A program made the position numbers and the translations under genes. This document shows, in pieces, positions 23,128-36,713 of a DNA stretch of 64,000 nt. Numbering within the stretch: the stretch's first letter is position 1; every line of letters begins with the position of its first letter. Under the pieces are notes generated by a model. The model was not told the DNA's origin and made no database searches. It was given only the letters and a program-made list of their open reading frames with translations. This stretch comes from Octopus sinensis (lineage: Eukaryota): the NCBI RefSeq assembly GCF_006345805.1, contig NC_043005.1, positions 73,284,001 through 73,348,000 of the forward strand, in the 5' to 3' direction.

Positions 23128-24325
23128 ACTCGAAAGCTAGGAGTAGGAGGAAAAGTTGGTACATGGATAAACGAGTTCCTTACAAATAGAACTCAAACAG
23201 TCACTGTGAATGGAACCCATTCAACACCATCACCTGTGACCAGCAGTGTTCCTCAGGGTACAGTACTCGGCCAATCCTGTTTCTCATCCTCATCTCTGAC
23301 ATAGATGAAGATACAACCAGCAACGTCTCATCCTTTGCTGATGACACCAGGGTCATGAGACAAATCAAAGACGAGGTGGATACAGAGGCCTTACAAAAGG
23401 ACCTGACCACCATATATAAATGGCAGGAAACAAACAACATGTTGTTCAATGATAAGAAGTTTGAACTAATTCGCTACGGAACAGATCAAGATCTGAAAAA
23501 TACAACAAACTACAGAAACCCATCAGGACAACAAATAATGGAAAAACAGTATTTGAAAGATTTAGGCATCCACATGGGAACCAACCTAAAATTCAGAGAA
23601 CACCTTGACTCAGTCTGTCTTACTGCAAGAAAGTACAGCGGGTGGATCTTGCGCACCTTCAAATCAAGATACCTCAACAATGAAAACCCTCTGGAACAGT
23701 ATGATACTTCCGAGGATTGACTACTGTTCTCAGTTGTGGTCACCAACAACAAAGGGCCAACTATCTAAGATAGAATCGCTCAAAGAAATTTTACCTCATA
23801 CTTCTCAGAAACGAGGGACCTGGACTATTGGCAAAGACTCAAAACCTTGAGGATGTACTCAATAGAAAGAAGATTTGAGCGATACCGAATTATATACATT
23901 TGGAAATGATAGAGCAGAAGGTGCCAAACTTTGGTATCAAAACCTACCACTCACTGCGCCACGGAAGACGCTGCCAGCTGCCACCAATCAACAAAAAGGC
24001 TGGCCAGGCAGCAAAAACCTGCGAGAATCAAGTCTGTTGGTTCGAGGAGCACAACTGTTCAACTCCATTCCGGTACATGTCAGAAATCTATCAGGATGCA
24101 GTGTGGAATCATTCAAATTGCAACTGGATAGATATACTTAAGCACCATTAGAGATGAACCCCATCTCCCAGGATATACACAACGAGCACAAACTGACTCA
24201 AACTCGCTCCTACACATGTCAAATTTAAGCAGAGAATACAACCTGGCAACCACACCAGACTCTGAGGGTGGAGTCTTCGACTTGGCCTGAGCATGGACTC
24301 AAACCCAAATGAAATGAAATGAAAT
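23128..24325 (+). mobile_element. 5'-truncated, frameshifted CR1/L2-group LINE (RT C-half) with (GAAAT)n tail
   Basis: Encodes WINEFLTNRTQTVTVNG, VPQGTVLG, SSFADDTR, KDLGIH, LDYCSQLWSP and RGAQLFNSIP..RN..GCSVESFK.QLD. Tail is aaatgaaatgaaatgaaat. Confidence 0.88.
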
Positions 24326-24501
24326 ATGTAAGTCAGCTTATGTGGATATACGAAAGCGTGCGCATGCGTTGTTGCCAGGATACACATGAGCGCATTTCTG
24401 TTGGTTATTTGTGTAGCATATTTCTACAACGATACATTTGGTTGAATTTAGATTTCCATAAAACTACGATAGTATTACTTTGAATCTGTTTACATATACC
24501 G

Positions 24502-24700
24502 CAGGCTTGGCTGTGTGGTAAGAAGTTTGCCTCCCAACTACATGGTCTCGAGTTCAATCCAACGGCGGGGCATCTCGGGCAAACGTCTTCAATTATCGCC
24601 TCACGCCAAACTATCGCCAAAGCCATATGAGTGTATATGGTAGACGGAAACTGAAAGAAGCCCGCCGTATATATTTGTATATGTATGCGTGTGATAGAGC
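24502..24700 (+). mobile_element. SINE family A head, degenerate
   Basis: gcaggcttggctgtgtggtaagaag...gagttcaatcc...gtagacggaaactgaaagaagccc. Confidence 0.7.
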
Positions 24701-24703
24701 GAG

Positions 24704-24734
<31 letters not shown>

Positions 24735-24777
24735 TGTGTTTCTATCTGTGTTGGCACCCACCTTCCCTTGACAATGA

Positions 24778-24993
24778 GTGGCGAGCTGGCAGAATTGTTA
24801 GCACGTCGGGCGAAATGCTTAGCAATATTTCGTGGGTCTTTACGTTCTGAGTTCAAATTCCGCACAGTTCGACTTTGCCTTTCATCCTTTCGGGGTCGAT
24901 AAATTAAGTGCCAGTTGCGCACTGGTGTCGATCTAATAGACTGGCCCCCCACCCCCAAAATTTCAGGCATTGTACCTAGAGTAGAAAAGAATG
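24778..24993 (+). mobile_element. SINE family B (tail type 2)
   Basis: ggcgagctggcagaattgttagcacg...gactttgcctttcatcctttcggggtcgataaatt...agagtagaaaagaat. Confidence 0.85.
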
Positions 24994-25109
24994 AGTGCTA
25001 TAGTGTTTATATGTCCGTAACTTAGTGGCTCGAGAATAGAGACCGAACAAATAAGCACAAGACTTTAAAACGAAAACTGAGGTAGATTTGCTTGACTAAA
25101 TGTCTTTAA

Positions 25110-25330
25110 CCCTTTCGTTACCGTATTTATTTTGAGATGCTCTGTGTTTCTTTCAATTAATTTTAAATATAACAAAGAATTTAGTAAAATAACTCAGCTA
25201 TCATTAAGCAAGTGTTAGGAACATAAATTGTGCATAAGATTTGGTGGAAGATTTTAATTAAAAACTTATGAAAACAAGACATTTGTAGCAAAGAGCCAGA
25301 GGCGATTTTAGCCAGGTTGGTATCGAAAGG
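25110..25330. mobile_element. piggyBac-type MITE inserted in a family A SINE tail
   Basis: TTAA|CCCTTTCGTTACC at the left end and GGTATCGAAAGG at the right end. The SINE tail sequence resumes after it. Confidence 0.6.
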
Positions 25331-25804
25331 AGGCGATGCCTTAGCATGCCGCAGTCACATGACAGATATAAGTAAAAGCTATAATGTAAAATACAGAAGT
25401 AAATCCCGACCAAATATACAAAGTTTATTAATGTTTTGAAAGACATATTGAATATTTTTCAATCATTTTCAAGGATTTATTCACAATTATACATCAAAGA
25501 AAATTTTGAATAGTTGAAATAGCATTTAAGGAAGAATTCTGAATCTGTTTTGAAAGGAGTTGAATGGCGTATATTTCCTTCTTATTTTCGATTTATATCT
25601 CTCGAGAACTCTAAAAATAAACGGAGGTATACGAGTATATATCTGCGTGCTGTATGTATGTGTGTGTGTGTGTATGTGTGTGTGTGTGTGTGTGTATGTG
25701 TGTGTGTGTGGAAAAGTGTTGCATGCATGAATGGAGCAACCACGCAAACACCTAAGCACAAGTTTACGCATGGGTCTCCAAACAAATGCGCGCTCACAAG
25801 TGCA

Positions 25805-26027
25805 CACATATCTATCTATCTTTTTTTTATCGTTATTTTTTATTTTTTTATTTTATTTCTTTTGTTTTGTTCTTTTCTTCCCTTTTACGATCCCTCTTGA
25901 ACAAAAACCTACGCCACCCCATTTTTTTTGTTTCTTTTGTTTTTTATTTTTTTCATCCCCCAAAAGAAAAGCTCTACCTTGTAACTTGTCCCATCTGTGT
26001 GCAGCCCTGTGTGGCCAATAAAGAAAC

Positions 26028-26072
<45 letters not shown>

Positions 26073-26329
26073 ACGATCCCTATTGATCGTTTTTTTTCCT
26101 CTCCCCCTTTTTTCCTCTTTTTTCTTCCTTTTTTATTTTTTATTTTCCTTTTTTTCTTTTTTTTTCTTTTCCCCCTTTTACGATCCCTTTTGATCGAAAA
26201 CCTACGCCACCTTTTTTTTGTTTCTTCTGTTTTTTGTTTTTTTTTTGTTTTCTTTCATCCCACAAAAGAAAAGCTCTACCTTGTAATTTGTCCCATCTGT
26301 GTGCAGCCCTGTGTGGCCAATAAAGAAAC

Positions 26330-26394
<65 letters not shown>

Positions 26395-26425
26395 AATCGA
26401 TCGCTCGATAGATAGATAGATAGAT

Positions 26426-26475
<50 letters not shown>

Positions 26476-26660
26476 GGATAGATACATGGATGTAAATTTA
26501 AAAAGTGGCGTAGGTTTTCGATCAAAAGGGATCGTAAAAGGGAAAAAAGAAAAAAAGGAAAAGAAACAAAAGAAAAGTAAAAAGGAAAAAGAAGAAAAAA
26601 GAGGAAAAATGGGGAAGACGAAAATAAAACGAGTCATGATGTACGGTGTAGATAGATAGA
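25805..26660. repeat. Two direct copies plus one inverted partial copy of a ~270-bp retroposon-like 3' end with (TATC)n tails
   Basis: ttttacgatccc...aaacctacgccac...ttgtcccatctgtgtgcagccctgtgtggccaataaagaaact(tatc)n occurs at 25805-26070 and 26070-26390, and is inverted at about 26490-26660. Confidence 0.8.
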
Positions 26661-26681
26661 TAGATGATAGATAGATAGATT

Positions 26682-26791
<110 letters not shown>

Positions 26792-27319
26792 GAGAGAGAC
26801 ATACAGAGATATATATATATAAACGAAAACAAGTGACTGAAACAAGTAACAATAAAAGAATATGTATGTGTATGTGTATATGTATATTAGTGTGTGTGTG
26901 TGTTTCCGCGCACCTGTTGATGTGAATTATCAAATATATAATGAACAACATAACCATGAACATTCATGTGTGATTTGCTTCCCCGATAATTTATATTAAG
27001 CGTTAGATGAAACTACGTAATTCAGTAACTTACAATTATCGATTAGCAATCACGTTCTAGCAGAATAAATTATTGCAACGCCGGTGAACAGAGGGATGTG
27101 CTTATAAACCACCGCGGTTTTTTGTCAAGAGTCAAAGAACAGTTGGTCTGTATACATTTTCTCAAACGTTTTACGTCATACTTTATAAGTTGAGGTGTTA
27201 TATTTTCTTCAATCTGAGGGTATGTATATGTATGCATGTTTAATGTATGTATGTATAAAAATCAATACCTGCATCAATATGTAGTATATATGTGTGTATC
27301 TGCACATGTATAAACATAT

Positions 27320-27394
<75 letters not shown>

Positions 27395-27468
27395 GTTTAA
27401 ATATTTGTTGTGCAAAATAACACCAAATATATAGTGTTTTTATTGGCAATATGACCATTCCGAAATAT

Positions 27469-27512
<44 letters not shown>

Positions 27513-29087
27513 ACAACATTACATACACACACGAATGTATATATGTATGAATATATGCATATACGCGTGTGTCTGTGTGTATGGATATGATATCTATAAA
27601 TGACCACATACGTTTACACATATATACTTATCTTGTGTGTATACGTGTGCGTGTGTGCGTATGGATATGATACCTATAAATGAACTCATACTATAAGATA
27701 TATATATAACTTATGTGTGTTTGCGTATGTGTGAGTGCGCGCGCGCATTAATATATGTTTGTATATTATATCCCAACATGTATCTCTGTGTATGTGTTTG
27801 AGTATATAGTGATGTAATATATATGGTAATGTTCAATCTAAAATCTAATCCTGATTACCCTGCGGTGGGGTTTGAACAATTGTAAGACAGTATATATAAT
27901 GCGATGCATTGATAGGAATATTATTTGCTGCCATTTTCTCTCAATCAATACATGTATATATGTACACTTATTAATCAGTCCATCTAACACAATCTCCTAT
28001 TTCATGAAAATGGTCATTCCATAAAAATGGTCATTTTGAATACTATGTGTGTTACCCAAGACAAGACTTTTTCCGTACCATAATAGTATCTCCACACCTG
28101 TTGTTTACTATTACCAATTAATATAATACTTTGCATAACATTTAATCAAGGGAAAGTGAGCTTTAATTAATCATGGGAATTTCGAATTAATATGGGAGAT
28201 TTATGTTTGAAAGCAAATTTGTTTCTTGATCTCTTATCACTCTCTTCCGAAAATATTCTACTGTCAACACAATTGGAATTTCTGAAGTCTCGCCATTCAT
28301 CTGCATGACGCATCTACATTGAATTTACTATTAATGAATTTACTATTAATATCTTCCATCCATAAGAAAATTCTGGTATCATAAAATACTTATTAAATAC
28401 ATGTCAGGCTCTCATGCTGACGATTTCTAAAAAGAGTGAAATCGTGCTATGCATGATTACCACAGACTAGAATTTTTAAGGACTTTGTAATGAGTAACCA
28501 ACATAGATGTTTTAAATTTTATTCATCTTCTTCCTTATTCCTTAATTTCAAACTAAATCTTCTAGCCCTAACAAATATTATGAAGAATGAATATATCTTT
28601 TCTATTAACTGTCCATTCGCGGTTACCACGTGTTTAAAATAATTATAATTATAAGCATCAATCTCCAGCAGATAATATGCAGATGCACACTCTTAAAGGA
28701 ATATTTTTCTCTATCTGGCAATTATAAACCGATCCGTTGAGTCAGCTACTTCCCATGCAACCTACTCGTATTATTGTCACTATAAACTGGGGACAGTTTG
28801 AAGACTAGGTTTCGACGTTCTAAATCTTCATTGTTTTCTGCAAACACTTTTTGCTTCTATTCGAGAATCCATTCAATAACCATAGATAGGTCCCCTATCG
28901 CAAACAATATTAATTACAGTCATTGAATTGTGTCCTCGAATCTGCAAGATTGTTTTTTTTTCCATTTTGTTAATAACCAGGTCGGTTGACAAGAGAGGAA
29001 CAGAAATTCTATTACTAAACTTCACAAGACACTTCTTACAATATGCGTCAATATCATATAGACGAGGCCCATTAAACTGTTATGGTA

Positions 29088-29639
29088 TTAGGTTGTCCGG
29101 AAAGTTCGTGCCGATTTTTAAAGGAAAGAAAAAGGTCAATAAATACTTGCCATTACATTTTTAATCAACCAAATATGCACAATGCATCTCCATCTTTCCT
29201 TTATCGTGAAAATACCCACTTCCCAGAATTGAGGTGGTTTCATGGCAAAGAATTCATCAAGGTATCTTTTTATATCATCCAAGGAATTGAAAATTTTACC
29301 ATTAAGACTATTCTGCAGAGACCTGAATAAGTGGAAATCCAAAGGAGCAATATCTGGTGATATGGAAGGTGGGGTAACACATCCCAGCCGAGCTGCAGCA
29401 ATTTTTGTCTGGGTCCCAAAGCATCAAGTGCCGAAAATGAACTTTCTTATGTTCCATTTTAAAGGGTTTCAGAATTAACACAGGTTATAGGAACATAAAC
29501 ATTCTTCCACGAAAAGATAGCTTAAACTGTGCTCTAAATGGAGGTGTAGTGAAACCCTATTTTATGGACTCAACCATGTTCTAAAATAAGTTGAAAGGTA
29601 AGCTACTATAAATCGGCATGAACTTTCCGGACAACACAA
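29088..29639 (-). mobile_element. Mariner internal-deletion derivative (mellifera-like)
   Basis: ~30-bp TIRs TTAGGTTGTCCGGAAAGTTCGTGCCGATTT with TA flanks. The N-terminus MEHKKVHFRHLML is fused to the C-terminus ..FHLFRSLQNSLNGK.. Confidence 0.9.
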
Positions 29640-30004
29640 TATAAACCGAAACATTTACTGTAATAGTTATCTCTTTTGCTGCACACCGTATATGTATATA
29701 ATACTTCTATTCTTTTACTCTTTTATTCTTTTATTCTTTTACTTGTTTCAATTATAAATTCTAGCCATGCTGGGAATAACCTTGAAAGATTAAATTGGAC
29801 AAATCGTTTCCAGAACTTTTTTTTTAAAGGCTTGGTGCTTATTCTATCTACTCTTTTGCCGGACTGTTAAGTTGCAGGGACATACTCTAAACAAACCAGC
29901 ACCAGTTTTCAAGTGGTAGTAGGGTCAACTAGAAAGACACAGGCAAATACATATATAGCTTTACATATATAGAAAAGCACAGCTATACATATAGAGAAAA
30001 GTAA

Positions 30005-30235
30005 GGCGGTGAGCTGGCAGAAACGTTAGCGCGCCGGGCGAAATGCTTGGCGGTATTTCATCTGTCGTTATGTTCTGAGTTCAAATGCCGCCGAGGTCGA
30101 CTTTGCGTTTCATCTTTTCGGGGTCGATAAATAAAGCACCAGTTACGCACTGGGTTCGATGTAATCGACTTAATCCATTTGTCTGTCCTTGTTTGTCCCC
30201 TCTATGTTTAGCCCCTTGTGGGCAATAAAGAAATA
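30005..30235 (+). mobile_element. SINE family B, full length (tail type 1)
   Basis: tRNA-like head, B box gagttcaaat, central gtcgactttgcgtttcatcttttcggggtcgataaataaag, tail cccttgtgggcaataaagaaata. Confidence 0.88.
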
Positions 30236-30557
30236 TATATATAGAAAAGCGCATATATACACACACATAGAAACACAGACACACTCATATACGACGGAGT
30301 TTCACATACTTTACATCAATTGAATTTACTAACAAAACATTAGTCGGCCAGAACTATAGAAGAACATTATGTGCAAGATGGCGTGCAGCTTGACTGAACA
30401 CGTGTTTGCGACGCGGACTTCTTCACCGTTCATATATCAAATAATATTATTTCTGCTACACTAAAAACATGAGGATACATACATAGCACATTAAAAAAAC
30501 AACAACCAATCATGATATATTAGTTGATTATAACCAGCATTTGTTAGCTTGCTGTGA

Positions 30558-30865
30558 AAGCGCGTGGCTTAGTGGTGAGGGCACTCGGCTCATGATCGTA
30601 AGGTCGTGAGTTCAATTCCCGGAGACGCGTTGTGTCCTTGAGCGAGACACTTTATTTCACGTTGCTCAAGTGCATTCAGCTGGCAAAAATGAGTTGTACC
30701 TGTATTTCAAAGGGCCAGCTTTGTCACACTTGTGTCACGCTGAATCTCCCCGAGAACTACGTTAAGGGTAGACGTGTTTGTGGAGTGCTCAGTCACTTGC
30801 ACGTTAGTTTCACGAGCAATCTGTTCCGCTGATCGTATCAGCTGGGACCCTCGTCATCGTAACAG
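30558..30865 (+). mobile_element. SINE family C (tRNA head + CORE-like segment)
   Basis: A box gtggcttagtgg, B box gagttcaattcc, then ttgtgtccttgagcgagacactttatttcac. Homologous to 39812-40028. Confidence 0.8.
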
Positions 30866-31068
30866 ACATAGTGCTCCTAACTAAAGCTTGCTGTTGCACA
30901 ATTTTACTACATTCACTGACACGCATTCAGCATACGTTTACTATTTTACGTCTTCAGAGCCGCCTGAATAGTAGGCGATCCAGTTCATTACTTCTGTGAA
31001 GTTGTTGGCTTTAAGGACGCCACAACTTTTGATTTTGTTAATGAGGGTTATAATAGGGAAGGTTATAA

Positions 31069-31300
31069 GGCAGCGAGCTGGCAGAAACGTTAGCGCGCCG
31101 GGCGAAATGCTTAGCGGTATTTCGTCTGTCGTTACGTTCTGTGTTCAAATTCCGCCGAGGTCGACTTTGCCTTTCATCCTTTCGGGATCGATAAATAAAG
31201 TACACATTATGCACTGGGGTCGATTTAATCGACTTAATCTCTTTGTCTGTCCTTGTTGGTTCCCTGTATGTCTAGCCCCTTGTGGGCAGTAAAGAAATAT
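31069..31300 (+). mobile_element. SINE family B, full length
   Basis: Near-identical to 30005-30235. Confidence 0.88.
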
Positions 31301-31857
31301 ATAATAGGGGAGGTTTTTTGTGGTTACATACATATATCAGATAGTTAAACATTTATATATATCGACTGTTTTATTCAACAACTCACATCAAGTAGTTGAT
31401 TGGAATTGATTTATACAGACAAAGAACTCTGTCAACTTGCCAACCCCCAAAATGTAAGAGTTCCAGATTTTCTGGTATGATATTGATTGTAAACACATAG
31501 GCACAATGCCATATTCGAGAGGTGAAGAGGTGGCGAGATGGCAAAGTGGTTAGCACGCCGGATAAGGAGCTTAGTAGCATTTCTTTTACTATACGTTCTG
31601 AAATCAAATTCCGCTTAGATCAACTTTACCTTTCATTTTGGGAGAGGCGATAACATAGAGTAACGGTTGAATATCTGACTGATTAGTACGCTCACCACCA
31701 CCACCATGGAAGAATTTGAACCTGGAGATCTCCATTTCTAGCGACTTCGAGGGCCACCTCCCAGTGGAGTCGGGCGTCAACGAAGAGCCCTCGACTACAA
31801 CAAGACGACCAAAGATTTTTTCCAACGTCTGGGGTTTCCCGCCCCTAAGCCCTAGAC

Positions 31858-32800
31858 CAGGGGCAGGCGAACTTTTTTGATCGCGGGCCGCACAGTGCGT
31901 CTTTGGAACCTTGGCGGTCCTCATTTATAAAAATCAAGTGAAAATATTTTTAAAGGCGGTTATAGACCTATAAACACACAATTGATTGAAAGGAAATTTT
32001 GTGAAATATTCCTGGTTTAAGTAATTTAATTTATTTTTTAGAGTATCGGTTCATGTTTTTCGGTTATTTGCCCCTATAGTTGAAATTATTACAGGAACCT
32101 CGGTTATTTTGGACAGCCCGGTTATTGCTTACAAATTGCAGGAACGGAATTTCCTAGTAAAATCTGCACTAATTGTGGACAACCACCTCTTAATATTATG
32201 AGACAACCATGATAAATATTATACTTAAATTCTAGGATACCCAAATAAAAGATTTTAAAGAGAAATAACAGTTATTAATATGAATTGATATCTGAAATTA
32301 TAAACGTCACCTCTGAAGCATTTTTATTGAAAAACAAAGTGGCTCTGTAAATAACATGTCAATGAGAATGATGCAGCTGACTACTGTCATTTACCAGTTT
32401 GTCAAAATTAGGTGTCAAGTTGCTTGTGCGATTTCTTAACACTGACTGAAGATTGAGCCTGTGAGAACTGATCGATTGTGCCCCTTGTTAATTTTCATGA
32501 TGGAGAGAAAAGTCTCCTCACCTATGTAAGTTGATTGCAAACAAACACAAACATCTTTCTTGCAAATTTTTTTAGATTTTGAAACTTTTTTGAATGTAGA
32601 GAAGCATAAAACTCGACCAGTGGTTTACTTTCAAAGATCATCTTTAAAGAATTGTCGGCTTGCAAATGAATCAATTCTATCTGCAGTTCCTCGGTAGTTG
32701 TTTCAATGTCACAGGCAGGAGATGAGTTAAGCAAATCGAACAGGCCTTCAACTGACTTGAAATCAGCAAATCTTCTAGACCATCACCTAATCACCCATCT
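31858..32800 (-). mobile_element. hAT (Charlie-like) transposon 3' end with transposase C-terminal relic
   Basis: TIR CAGGGGCAGGCGAACTTTTT is preceded by the target-like sequence CCCTAGAC. Minus strand 32359-32790 encodes RRFADF..DIE..EELQIELIHLQAD..F(A)STY..E..F..MKINK, the hAT dimerisation region. Confidence 0.8.
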
Positions 32801-32885
32801 TGTTGCTTAACAACAACAAACACAGTCACCTCCAACAAATTTCAGTCCTGTGTGGTCTCGATAAATAATTCTTTAGAAGGAGAGT

Positions 32886-32985
32886 NNNNNNNNNNNNNNN
32901 NNNNNNNNNNNNNNNNNNNNNNNNNNNNNNNNNNNNNNNNNNNNNNNNNNNNNNNNNNNNNNNNNNNNNNNNNNNNNNNNNNNNN
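32886..32985. other. Assembly gap (100 N)
   Basis: Seen directly. Confidence 1.
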
Positions 32986-33276
32986 ATGTTGAACGAAACA
33001 CCCATGTTTCCAGAGGCAAATTATTCAACCCTCTAAGAATGCTACTCAACACATGGCCATGATACTGCCCCTCTACTTCTGCTCGTGATCAGAGATACAC
33101 ATGTCATCAGCCACTAAGGGACATGCTCAACTGGTTAAGGTCAAACAACTGACAAGCAAATCTGTGGTATAGAGCAGAATATTTGCTGTAGCCCATCTTT
33201 TATAACAACGTACATTGATAACATCAGTAAAGATCAGGAGCCATGAGAGCCACTGTCTGGTACTGCAGCAGGGCAT
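32986..33276 (-). mobile_element. ~550-bp AAT-associated element, 5' half (cut by the gap)
   Basis: Matches 3593-3898; its 5' end gggcat abuts an ATT-rich tract. Confidence 0.8.
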
Positions 33277-33344
33277 CTACTATAATTATTATTATTATTA
33301 TTATTATTATTGCTATTATTATTATCATCATCATCATCCTCATC

Positions 33345-33860
33345 AACATCTTGTGTGCTATTTTTGGAATAAATGTCCTTAATACCTGTCATAACCAGTT
33401 TCTCGAGACCCTTTCGAACGATCCTTGTTTTTCTAATTGAACAGACTTCTGTATTAACGTCTCTTAGTTACAACAATCTCAACAAGATAAATACCAAGTC
33501 TCTGGGTAATGGTATCTAGTCCGTTTATGATTACTTCGATCACTCTTGCAAAAGCGCTCTACAGTCTTCGCATTTTCCAAGCAAAATTACCGAATTCTTC
33601 TATATTCTCCTCTTCTTTGATCACTACATTTATATAATTAGACACAACTACGTCTATGACGGTGGCATTCTTTTGACACCTAGTCAAGAATGGTACTATC
33701 TGGTCATCTTTCTTGGATTTCATTTTTTTTCTCTACAATGAAGTCCCAGAAGCCCTTAAACTTATCATTCTCATTCGCTTGGTTACATTCTAGGCTACCT
33801 CCTTTAAATACCCTCTGCATACTTCAATCTTTTCTTCCACGTTCGTGTCTGCGTCTATAT
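33345..33860 (-). pseudogene. Old, stop-ridden R4/Dong-clade REL endonuclease relic
   Basis: Manual translation: ENDKFKGFWDFIVEKK..PD..LD / VIDVVVSNYINVVIKEEENIEEF..MRRL*..RVIEVIINGLDTITQRL..TRIVRKGLE. Its 3' end runs into (gat)/(aat) repeats. Confidence 0.7.
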
Positions 33861-34388
33861 TCATTTATCATTACTTGTTTTATTGTTAATATTAGTCTGC
33901 AGTTTTTGCTATTATATTACTATATATTGTTATTGTGTTATTTCACAGCGACTAGAACGTGAAATAAAAGTAGATATAATTAAATTGAATCGAAGACAAA
34001 CCGAAACTGAGCCTATAATGATGGAATAGTGAATACAAACAGGATGGAATTTCATCTCGAACGAAATAAATTGATGCTTTTTTTTCTTCTTTTCTTTTCA
34101 GAAAAGACAACGCTACAATGGCTTCGTCTTTCTTTCCACGCATAGTCATGAGATTAATAATGTTTCCTGATAATACGGTGCCTGTTATTGACAGCTCAAT
34201 GAACTGCTGTACTTCAAAGTAAAAGGCAATACCCAGAAACGCAATGAAATATCCATAGCGTATTTACCTACGTCATCAAGCATCGATAAGATGATATCAC
34301 AATATCTCGTTCGTTCAGACATTTTGAACACTTACATACATACTTAAATACATACACAAAAGCCCCCACACAACCATATATATCTATA

Positions 34389-34426
<38 letters not shown>

Positions 34427-34631
34427 CCTATCCATCTATCTATCTATCCATCTATCTATATGTTTGTCTGTTTGTCTGTCTATCTATGTGTATATATGTG
34501 TGTGTGTATGTATATTGTATTCTTGTATATATCAACATATACGTACATGTATATGTATATATATATGTGTAGTCATATATATTTAGTATATATGTATATA
34601 TATATGTATATATATACATGTGCATATATAT

Positions 34632-34663
<32 letters not shown>

Positions 34664-34740
34664 GTATGTGCATGTATATATATATATATTATGTATATGT
34701 ATATGTAATATATATATATATATGTATGTGTATGTATGTA

Positions 34741-34813
<73 letters not shown>

Positions 34814-35803
34814 GCACACACACATACTTATGTATGTTAACGTGTGTCTTGTATGTGTGTTTATGTATCTGCCTGCGTATATCTAAGCCTTTGTATCCGC
34901 AATTGTGTATGTTTCGTGTAAGTTCTTTGATGTGTTTCGTTTATCAACGTATAATCTAGGGCCACCTGACTTAATACCGGCATAGCAGATCGCGAGAAAC
35001 TTACAGTATATGATTCCTCATTTAAAATATCATCATAGTTTGCTGGTTTTAGTTGTTATCAAGCCGGAAAATATTTAGTTATTATACAATAGATCTGGAG
35101 AGCTACATATACGCCATTCCCGTAATTATGTTTTATAATATTTCAGATATGAAGAAAAAAAAATCAATATTCATAATTGTGATTTTTCTCTTATATTATA
35201 TATTAACGTGTCTTCTCTATTTAGTTAAGTCTCCATATCCTCGCATGCTATACACGGATGTTAATATAATTTCGTGTCTCAGGAGTTATGACGTTACACG
35301 GATGTGTTTTTTTGGGAATGTGTAAATTTCTATTTAGTTGTTTGTATGTGTGTTAGAATATGTGTGCATCTGTGTGCGGATATATACGTGTGTGTGTGTG
35401 CGTGCAAATTTGTTTCTTTGTACTTAAGTGTCTCAGGAGGGGTTCTGAATGAATAACATCTACGTAACCAATTAATTAATTACTCTGAGGGCTACAGCAA
35501 AAGCATTACTTTATTCTTCTTAACAATGAAACGTTAATCTCAGTTCGAACAATACATAGCACACACACACACACACACATATATATATTTATACGTACAG
35601 ACACACACATATGTATATATGTATATATAATACATATATATAAAATATCAAATGAACATTATATATATAGTATATTTATACGTACAATATATATATATAT
35701 AATCTATACATCTATCTATATATATATATATGTATACATATATATATATATATATACATTTATATATAATATATATATATATATACATTTGTATATTATA
35801 TAT

Positions 35804-35837
<34 letters not shown>

Positions 35838-35850
35838 ACAATTATATATA

Positions 35851-35910
<60 letters not shown>

Positions 35911-36649
35911 CATACATTTATATATATATATATTACATACATACATATACATTACACATACATCATCCATAGATATATATGTTTTTATCCATCATAATAA
36001 AATCGCTGTCTATTGTATCTGTTATGCAAAATGTATGTTTGCTTTTTCTAGTATTGTGCTTTTCTATACCTAATTGGAAGTGTCTACATTTCTTTCCATT
36101 CCGTTTAATTAGTTCTGTAAGTGGAGTAATTCTCTTTCGTCACTCCTCTTCTTTATATTTACAACCAATATTTTTCTTTCTCTCTCTCATTCTTCCCTCT
36201 TTCAAGTCTCTCACTCTCAGTTTCTTTCTTTGGAAACGTAGAATCTCTTAACATTTGTGTTATTCTTTTGTAAGATACATTTCTCTTTTGTTTGTAGTAT
36301 CTGAAATCTCCGAGGATTAAAGATACAACACTGAAGTAAATATTCTGATTTCAGAACAGAGATAAACTTAATTGTTTGTGTGAATTAACGGATTTTTGTC
36401 GGAATAAACATCTGAAATGGTTGATTAAACACGATGTATAACGTTAACGCTGAATTATCTACGCTTAAACTATTTTATGTTTCAGCTTCAATATCTGAAA
36501 CCATAGACAAATCTGATAAACGTATGCCTATATAAAATCACTTTTGGCACTAAAAACATATACGCAGATATCTCAGCAGCTATCAATTCAAGCAGCTATC
36601 AATTTTTCTCACAAAATTCATCTAGGGTTTCCAATTTTGAAAAATACAC

Positions 36650-36713
<64 letters not shown>

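Noticed and set aside
34101-34218. Coding exon after a strong acceptor (KRQRYNGFVFFPRIV..)
   Set aside because: The donor (gtaaaa) is weak, the peptide is unrecognisable, and no partner exons support it.
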